From Octopus bimaculoides (lineage: Eukaryota): 43,934 nucleotides of DNA. Below, in pieces: positions 35,587-43,934 of the stretch; within the stretch, counting starts at the first letter, position 1; each line of letters begins with the position of its first letter. The stretch lies in contig NC_068983.1 in the NCBI RefSeq assembly GCF_001194135.2, positions 14,718,852 to 14,762,785 of the forward strand. Reading direction: 5' to 3'. A program made the translations under genes and the position numbers. A model generated the notes under the pieces. The model did not search any database and was not told the DNA's origin. It worked only from the letters and a program-made list of their open reading frames with translations.

Positions 35587-37349
35587 TTAACTTTCTAAGA
35601 CATCTCAACACTTCTAAAAGCAAACCTCGTTTGTTTGTTTACGTTCATCGTAATTTGAGGTTATCACACTAGTTGTTTTTTTTTCTCTGAGGAGTTTATT
35701 GCTCAGATATTCATATCAATTTTCAAATGTTTCAATCAAAATTTTATGGAATTACTCACACGAAAGACAGATCGGTCAAGGAAAGAATAACTTTACTGTT
35801 ATATCTGCCCAGTGTTTATTGACTCTGTTTAGAGTTGAACAAGAACAACGATGACCTCAACAACAATAAGAACAACAAAACAACATTATCAAACTGGAAA
35901 TGCCATAGGTTACCGACCAATTCATATAAAGCCAATTTATACAAAGCAAATTTTACCAGAAGCAAAATTTAAACAATGGAACTCAATAATATGTTTAATG
36001 AATGACAATTAGTGTATCCCTGTTTGCATTTATGTATATTTAGTTGTATAATTAGTCTCTCATATTAACTCATTACCAACGTTCTCACTAATAACCAACT
36101 TTAATGAATTTGTGTAGACTACAACAAATCGTTAAACTTGACAAAATTCGAACCGTCTACGGGTGTGCAAATAACACGACTCACTACGACAACCAGCTTT
36201 ATTAGATGCACTGAAACATGTAAAATTTACTGTTTCAAAAAAATAATCTATAATAAAAGAGAAATTTTAATATCAAAGCAATTGGGCTTTAGTGCTTCTG
36301 AAATCCAAATGTTACGAGAAATATTGAAAAAATGCAACATAAATGTTTTATTCTAATTCCTTCAGAAATTTAAGTTCTTTCTCATTATGCATTTCCTCAA
36401 AGCAGTCTTTATCAATAAACGTTGCTATTACGTTCCTCAATAAAAGGAATCGTATTTAATATCGTAATAAATGCGGTAAATACATGCTCCATATTTTATC
36501 TTCCTGATTTATTAACGACATTCAAATATTGCTGATTTAAGATGAATTTTTTGCAATATCATTAAGACATCAAGAATTCAACGACCGGAACAAGATGCAA
36601 AAAGAAAATTTGCCAAAGTTTTTTTTTTGTCTACAAATGATATTAAGAAACATAGTTGCTCACGTATGTTTGGCAATGAGCAGAGTTGCACATGTATTAC
36701 ATAACAATGAAAAGAGATTTGGAAATTATTGTAATAAGAATGAGGAAAGGAGCTTTATGTGGTCGACCGAACTATTAGAAATAACCAAAAGTTTCCGACG
36801 ATAAAGAGTAGAGCATATGCACACATTGATAATATAGTTGTAGAAAGAAAAATGGCTAGGCTAAAACCGGAATGTTTGATCATAGGTATACTCAGTTTAA
36901 TAGGATTTGGGGCAAAATATCAACCAAATGGAATATCGCGAAACCCTGAAGAAAATTTGATTTCTATTGGAATCATGTTAAAAGTTCCAAAAGGATAACT
37001 CAGAATAAAATGACTGGTGTTTTCCCCACTTTTAAAACGGAAGAATCATATTAGCTTTTGGAGGCAGGCGCTTGCGAAAGGAATGTAAATCGCAAACTTG
37101 GAAATTGCCGTCGGATCACAAAATAGCAAAATCTGAGAGATACTGTAATAACTAGTTAATATCAGAATTCCAGTTGATTTAAAGTGGTCCATGTGGTTGA
37201 CGTGAAATGAAATTCTTTGATACGTTATAGTAAATACACTACTGTCGAAAACAAATGGATAAGAAACATCTTCGTGTTACAAATGGTCGTCCGAGTGGTT
37301 TTAATGATTTAGACAGATTAAATTTTCTGTGCTCATGATCTTGTACGTC

Positions 37350-38560
37350 CGTTCGATACTACTGAGATCAAATATCGATGTTCGTCATGAACAACTGGAT
37401 GAGGTTAATTGCACTGAAGATACGGTAGCGTTGAGGGTTAGAACGATTCAGAAAAAAATGGGGGTACGTCTTCGAAGAGAGATTTGGGTGTTTGGATCAG
37501 AATGTATGAGAGAATGGGTTAAGTGAGTCTGGGAACAAATGTTCGAGAAATAGGGGTTGTTGTAATGCCAAGAGAAAAGACAGAGCGAAGAGACGACATG
37601 TATGTAGAATATAATTTGATATGTGTTGGTGATTGGCACTGCGAATTAATTAGATGCTTTCTTATAAAATTATGTAATCTTGTATGTTTGGGTATCCCAA
37701 GAGTATTATCGTATTTTACGTTGGATCAGCATTCCAGAATCCATCTAGCAGCAATCGTTAGGAGTTAAAGGATTTTCTTGTGAAGAGGAAGGAAAGTATT
37801 AGTTGCTCATTACTAGCGATGTTGTGGATGTGACGTTGCAAGGAAAAACCGCCAGGGACTTTTAGGCTTTACATTCGTAGCAACGATTTGGGTCTCGTTG
37901 CAATTGTCTAAATTTATAGAGGAGGCATATAGTTGTATAGTGATGGCTCTGCTTGTGCTGTAGAAGGAGACAATATTGACCAAATATGGACATTCGCGAC
38001 TGTTTGCGAAATCTCTGTCATAGAAATTGTACGGATCTGAATGAAGAGTCCAGTTTGCATACAGAAGAAACCAATGTGTAGAAAAGGTTAGAAAGGTCTT
38101 ATAATTTTCATAGGCGTGATTGTGGCTGGAAATAACTGGCTGGAAAAAAGGAAGTGTAGGGATTATAAACAAGTTTTGGGGTACACAAGAATTGATATAA
38201 TACGGGACAGAAAAAGTTCCATCACTGCACGCCATAATTGTACGATTTTAGAGGAAACTCTTGATTCAAGTGTCTACAGACGGTTGCAGAGAAAATGCAT
38301 CCAGTTTGGCCTGACAAATACTTAGCTGAAGTCTTTTTCAAAATCGCAGAGTTACCCAGAAACGCGATTGGGTGTAAGTGGAGAGCAAGTATCCGCTGAA
38401 TTTCACTTTGCAGAATCTAAAGCGAGATAGAAAGACTCAAATAATAGTGAAGGTGGATTTGAACGGCATTTTCCATCACCATTGAGATGTTGGGAACGAG
38501 AACCAAGCCATAGATCAATAGTTGGCAGGTTTAACAATGTGATTCTTGTTTTTCAGTTTC
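37350..38560 (-). mobile_element. Highly decayed CR1/L2-group LINE ORF2 relic (end of the APE domain to the start of RT)
   Basis: Colinear fragments in mixed minus frames: DLWLGS (about 38500), VMELFL (about 38210), KSPWRFF (about 37850), TFLPL, RSNPQRYRIF (37416-37445; compare RSNPSNYRPI). Confidence 0.4.
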
Positions 38561-39651
38561 TACGCGCGATATCAGTTGAAGTAACTCATCAACTAAAATA
38601 CAACTCCCGAAATTTTATTCATTTTTATTTATCTTTATACATTTACTTTTTTTCTTTTTTAACTGATCACATAACGTTAGGAAAATTGATGGTTTGGCAA
38701 ATATGTTCAAGACCAACACTGCGTATAATTTATATACAAAAACATAGAAAACATTTTCAGATATGTAATGATTATGATCTCGGAACGAATAATAAATATC
38801 AGAGAGAAAGACAGATAGATAGATATAGAGAGAGAGGTAGGAGTCAGAGAAGGAGAGAGAGAGAGAGAGAGCAATTCTATTAGCTGATCTAACATGTGAA
38901 AGGAACAATAGGGTTTATATCGATTCGACCTCATATCATTCACTCGCTGCCTGGTTATCAGAAGCTATTTATGTGATTTCTACCGCATCTAGTTTCATAA
39001 TCGATTCTCAGGATATATTGTCGATATTTGTACAAAAGGTGAATTAGTTTTGGGTAATTATATTTTATTATCTAGAAATCGAATCTAATGTGACAGGAAA
39101 ATACGTTTCAACATTTTGCATTTCAATTGACGGATTCGATGGTGTAACGATAAAAGTGTACAGTTGATTACTATAACTTCAACCAAAACAAATAATCATA
39201 TACATACACTCACACACACACACATACATATACAAACACCACACATAACACACAGACACGTGCACACACGTACACGCACATACACATACCACACGTACAC
39301 ACACACACACACACACACATACGCATACACACTCAAGCTCTCACATTTACAGGAATGTTTTGCTCTCACAGGGAGGCCAATTAACCGAAAAATATCTCAC
39401 TGCTATATGGTAGAGTGGAATGAAATTTATTCCTCGAATAATTTCAGTTAGTCACAACCTACATTTTCCGTTTCCGCGTCAGCAGGCGACCAGTGCTACT
39501 CTGCGTTTCAGTTATATCTCTAATTGGGAAACTTGAGAGCCATTCTAAATGGGCAACAATAATGTCGCGCTTACTCGTAAAATAGCAATATCGATTTAGA
39601 ATAAAAGTAAGAGATACAAACATACCAATATACATGTATATATATATATAT

Positions 39652-39732
39652 AGAGTAGTCTTGTATATTTTTTATGTTCAGATTACAGCTTGTGTATTTC
39701 TATGTACGTACGTATATAAGTATACATATATG

Positions 39733-39780
<48 letters not shown>

Positions 39781-40637
39781 NNNNNNNNNNNNNNNNNNNN
39801 NNNNNNNNNNNNNNNNNNNNNNNNNNNNNNNNNNNNNNNNNNNNNNNNNNNNNNNNNNNNNNNNNNNNNNNNNNNNNNNNNNNNNNNNNNNNNNNNNNNN
39901 NNNNNNNNNNNNNNNNNNNNNNNNNNNNNNNNNNNNNNNNNNNNNNNNNNNNNNNNNNNNNNNNNNNNNNNNNNNNNNNNNNNNNNNNNNNNNNNNNNNN
40001 NNNNNNNNNNNNNNNNNNNNNNNNNNNNNNNNNNNNNNNNNNNNNNNNNNNNNNNNNNNNNNNNNNNNNNNNNNNNNNNNNNNNNNNNNNNNNNNNNNNN
40101 NNNNNNNNNNNNNNNNNNNNNNNNNNNNNNNNNNNNNNNNNNNNNNNNNNNNNNNNNNNNNNNNNNNNNNNNNNNNNNNNNNNNNNNNNNNNNNNNNNNN
40201 NNNNNNNNNNNNNNNNNNNNNNNNNNNNNNNNNNNNNNNNNNNNNNNNNNNNNNNNNNNNNNNNNNNNNNNNNNNNNNNNNNNNNNNNNNNNNNNNNNNN
40301 NNNNNNNNNNNNNNNNNNNNNNNNNNNNNNNNNNNNNNNNNNNNNNNNNNNNNNNNNNNNNNNNNNNNNNNNNNNNNNNNNNNNNNNNNNNNNNNNNNNN
40401 NNNNNNNNNNNNNNNNNNNNNNNNNNNNNNNNNNNNNNNNNNNNNNNNNNNNNNNNNNNNNNNNNNNNNNNNNNNNNNNNNNNNNNNNNNNNNNNNNNNN
40501 NNNNNNNNNNNNNNNNNNNNNNNNNNNNNNNNNNNNNNNNNNNNNNNNNNNNNNNNNNNNNNNNNNNNNNNNNNNNNNNNNNNNNNNNNNNNNNNNNNNN
40601 NNNNNNNNNNNNNNNNNNNNNNNNNNNNNNNNNNNNN

Positions 40638-40687
<50 letters not shown>

Positions 40688-40768
40688 CATATATGTATAC
40701 TTATATACGTACGTACATAGAAATACACAAGCTGTAATCTGAACATAAAAAATATACAAGACTACTCT
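39652..40768. repeat. Perfect inverted duplication of about 128 bp flanking an 857-N gap
   Basis: 39652-39780 is the reverse complement of about 40641-40768, including about 70 bp of non-simple sequence. The ORF track shows mirror-image ORFs. Confidence 0.95.
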
Positions 40769-40948
40769 GAAGTTCAAAATGCGATACTGTTACTGTGATC
40801 TATTTCTAGCGACGGAGCTTTGCATCTTTATTAGAAAGAAGCTTCCTGATATCTAACGAAGAACTAAAAACGGAAGGAAACATAGGCAGGCACACACATA
40901 CATATTTATACATTTATACGTACATATATACAGGCACATACATACATG

Positions 40949-41147
40949 CGAAGGGGTGCAGAAAATTTCCTTCCATGAAGGCCTGGTTGGAGACCCTATT
41001 TACCAAGTTCTATTACAGGCTTCGAAAAGCTGAAGGACCACTGCAATAAATGTGTGAATCTCAGAGGGAATATGTTGAATAAAACCTTAACTAACGGATC
41101 ATCCGATATTTTCTTTTGCTCAAGGCCGAGAACTTTTCAACAAACCC
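40949..41147 (+). mobile_element. Internally deleted mariner derivative, about 200 bp
   Basis: TIR-like ends 'cgaaggggtgcagaaaatttcc' and 'ggccgagaacttttcaacaaaccc'. Retains the mariner C-terminus GFEKLKDHCNKCVNLRG-YVE*. Confidence 0.7.
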
Positions 41148-41150
41148 AAA

Positions 41151-41247
41151 GTTGATAAAATAAGTACCCGCGGAATTTGAACTCAGAATGGATGAAATAC
41201 CGCTAAGAATTACGGCGTTCTAACGACTCTGCCACTTCACCGCCTTT
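41151..41247 (-). mobile_element. SINE family B head fragment joined to an oppositely oriented core piece
   Basis: 'gcggaatttgaactcagaa...gaaataccgctaag...ctaacgactctgcca...ccgcctt' (minus), preceded by plus-oriented 'gttgataaaataagtacc'. Confidence 0.7.
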
Positions 41248-41776
41248 CATATTTTTGTAATACGCAGGTTATTTATTTAAAGAATATTTTACTTGTATTT
41301 CCAATAGATTGAACCATGTTGTAGAGATCCGGAAGGAAGAATCCCTTTACCGCCGGCCAATTTTTACTTGCATTCAACAATGAATCCGTTCGCTTTTGAA
41401 ACCCACCCGAATAAAACTGTTTAAGCATTAAAACTAAAATAGCAAATTTGATAATAAATTGCCGACATACGAATTTGTAAAGTAAACATTTGAGAAGTGT
41501 CAATGTAGGAAAATCTGGGCCCTTAAGTTACCATGTAACTGCAAACGATTAACATTAAAAATAGATAAAATGAAAATTACACAATTTTCTAAGAACAGAT
41601 GCACCCACACTATTTATTTTCCTAATAATAAACAGCTAAAATAAAAGTCAAATTTAATTTCTAGAGGTATTGCAAAACATCTGCAAGGTTCTCTGGGAAC
41701 AAAAGAGATTTGCTAATGATTTCTTTCGGAATTCAATCTCTTGTACAGAAGGTTTTTAACTTCCGTTCTGTTTCAG

Positions 41777-41823
41777 GGGCTTCAATAAGTTTCAGCCTAC
41801 CATCTCGGTTCATATAGTATTCG
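41777..41823 (+). CDS. Candidate 47-nt exon (GFNKFQPTISVHIVF), unverified
   Basis: 'ttccgttctgtttcag|...TTCG|gtaaat'. Only one of three frames is open. Confidence 0.2.
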
Positions 41824-41992
41824 GTAAATACAAAGCGATACAAAAGATGAAGTGCTGCATAGGAGGCTGGAACTAAGAATCAAAAGATAACGAAGTGAAC
41901 TTCTCAAACACACAGCTTTGCTTGCGCCTTCATATTTGCCTATGAATCTTTCTAGAATACACTGGTACTAAAGAAAATTCTTCCCCATGGAT

Positions 41993-42228
41993 ATTTATTT
42001 CTTTATTGCCCACAAGGGGCTGAATATAGAGTGGACAAACAAGGACAGACAAAGGGATTAAGTCGATTACATCGACCCCAGTGCGTAACTTGTACTTAAT
42101 TTATCGACCCCGAAAGGATGAAAGGCAAAGTCGACCCCGGCGGAATTTGAACTCAGAACGTAACGGCAGACGAAATACCGCTAAGCATTTAGCCCGGCGT
42201 GCTAACGATTCTGCCAGCTCGCCGCCTT
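41993..42228 (-). mobile_element. SINE family B, full length, near-consensus
   Basis: Head ggcggcgagctggcagaatcgttagcacgccggg, B box gagttcaaattccgcc, core, and tail cttgtgggcaataaagaaata. Closely matches 27566-27799. Confidence 0.93.
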
Positions 42229-42242
42229 AATTAAAAGACAAT

Positions 42243-42445
42243 CCTGGCAAAGTCGTGAGCATCGGCGAAATACTTAGCGGCATTTTGTCCGTCTTTAGAT
42301 TCTGAGTTCAAATTCTGCCGAAGTTGATTTTGCCTTGCATCCCCTTCGGGGTCGATAAAATAGTAACGAGTCAAGCATTGAGGTCGTTGCAGTCGACTTA
42401 TTCCCTTTCCCAAACCAGTTGGCCTTGTGTCAAAATTTGAAATCA
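42243..42445 (+). mobile_element. SINE family B with a 14-bp TSD, head-to-head with the previous copy
   Basis: Exact repeat aattaaaagacaat at 42229-42242 and 42446-42459. Confidence 0.9.
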
Positions 42446-42553
42446 AATTAAAAGACAATTTTACCACGGAAACCGGTCTTTATAACACTGATAATTGTGT
42501 AGTTACATAATATCAAATAACTACTTCAAATCCAATGAAGTACGCACAAATAT

Positions 42554-42810
42554 TTGTGTTATATATCACCGAGTGTGCGCGTCTACTTTGTTCTAGTTTT
42601 TTTTTATCGCTTGGTAACCGGTAATGGTGTGTTTACGTCTCCGCAAAATCGCAGTCCGTCCCCCGCCAAAAACAAAAAAAAAAAACGAGAGAGAACAATA
42701 AGTGTAATAATAACAAAGTACTTAGACCCATTTTCTCAATATAAGCCCTCCAAGTAGTGCCCCAGTATGGTCGCAGTCCAAAGGCAGTAACCAATAAAAG
42801 AGTAAAGAAG
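42554..42810 (+). mobile_element. SINE family A, degenerate 3' half
   Basis: 'atcgcttggtaaccggtaatggtgtgtttacgtc...gtgccccagtatggtcgcagtc...aataaaagagtaaag'. Confidence 0.65.
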
Positions 42811-43212
42811 TAAATATAGGAATATTGTATGACATACATAAGACTGCAAACTGTGATTTGAGGTAAAAGATTTCGCTTGTATTTCTACCGGATCGAGCGA
42901 CTGCGTTGAGGTTCTTCTGAAGCATGCATACCCTGCGGTGGCATATGCGAATACAATTCACATCGACACGATGTGAAAGATAGAAAACGCATTTTATATT
43001 TTTTTGCACATTTTATATATTTTCCTAGCTTTTACATGTGTCCTACAGATAAATCTTCTTTTTCTACGTTCTTTTATTTACGCCTTCAAGCATTATTTAT
43101 TTTCCGTTGCCTTCAACTTTCAAATCCTTCTCATCTCACTCAAATGTCAAACGTGATTCCTCAAGACGAAATAACAGTTGTTGCCACTATCACGTCTTCT
43201 ATCTGAGTTTTT

Positions 43213-43215
<3 letters not shown>

Positions 43216-43269
<54 letters not shown>

Positions 43270-43873
43270 TACATATATATATATACAAATGTACATACAT
43301 ACATAAATGTCACATGTGTATATATTTATATATATATATATATATATAGATATATATATATACACACACATACACACACTCATATATCTGCGTGTGCGCA
43401 TGTGTGTTGCATGTACGTAAGTGTTATCGTTTATAATTTTATATATTATATTAATCTCATTTTATACTAATTTTGGTATGTTTTTTTTCTTCAACATTTT
43501 GTCTTCCATTTTATTAAAACTTTATTCATTCAGTGTTTTTTTTTTTGTCTGCACCAATTCGTTTTCTTTCCTTCTTTCTTTTTTCATTTCTCTCTATCTT
43601 TCTTTAATTCTTTCTTTCTTTCTTTTTCTTCTTTATATCTCTCTTGTTTCTCCTATTCCTTTCGTTATTTCTCTTTTCTTCTCTTCTCACAAGCTTATCT
43701 TCCTCCGTTCGTTTTGTTTGTCTTGTCTTAGTTTCTCTCTTTCATTCTTTATTTCTTTATATTTATCACTTAATTTTCAAATGCTCATTATATTCTGTAT
43801 TGTTCTCTCTTCTTTTGCCCTGTATCTACCAAATGATCTCGAAGACACCTGGTTCAGTGGTTAGGATATTCGG

Positions 43874-43934
<61 letters not shown>
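43216..43934. repeat. (TA)n tract, pyrimidine-rich low-complexity stretch (about 43540-43810) and terminal (CA)n
   Basis: Directly visible. Confidence 0.9.

Noticed and set aside
37813-38235. 140-aa minus-strand ORF as a host gene
   Set aside because: Lies within the putative decayed CR1/L2 relic and shows no recognisable domain or splice context.

Overview
AT-rich, microsatellite-dense animal DNA from a gapped short-read scaffold (10 N-gaps). The SINE repertoire looks to me like Octopus; this is recognition from memory, not a search. I find no intact host gene. Almost every ORF in the track is a microsatellite or N-gap read-through, so the window is probably intronic or intergenic. It holds many decayed transposons: four Tc1/mariner lineages (a maT/DD37D-like copy with both TIRs and TA TSD, a DD34E Tc1, mauritiana-like and cecropia-like mariners), a mariner deletion derivative, a 5'-truncated R4/Dong LINE with a (TAA)n tail, an RTE 3' end, a Penelope-like GIY-YIG fragment with an inverted terminal copy, a TTAA-flanked Kolobok-like MITE, weak CR1/L2, hAT and Helitron relics, and three SINE families. 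The most interesting signal is serial re-use of one target site by family-B SINEs. At 27110-27815 a 16-17 bp target occurs three times between insertions with different 3' tails, and 10797-11370 and 42229-42459 show related patterns. Also notable are an 85-bp inverted repeat bracketing 1.8 kb, a possible SINE/LINE chimera, and a few unverified micro-exon candidates. Family assignments come from hand translation and remembered consensus motifs.
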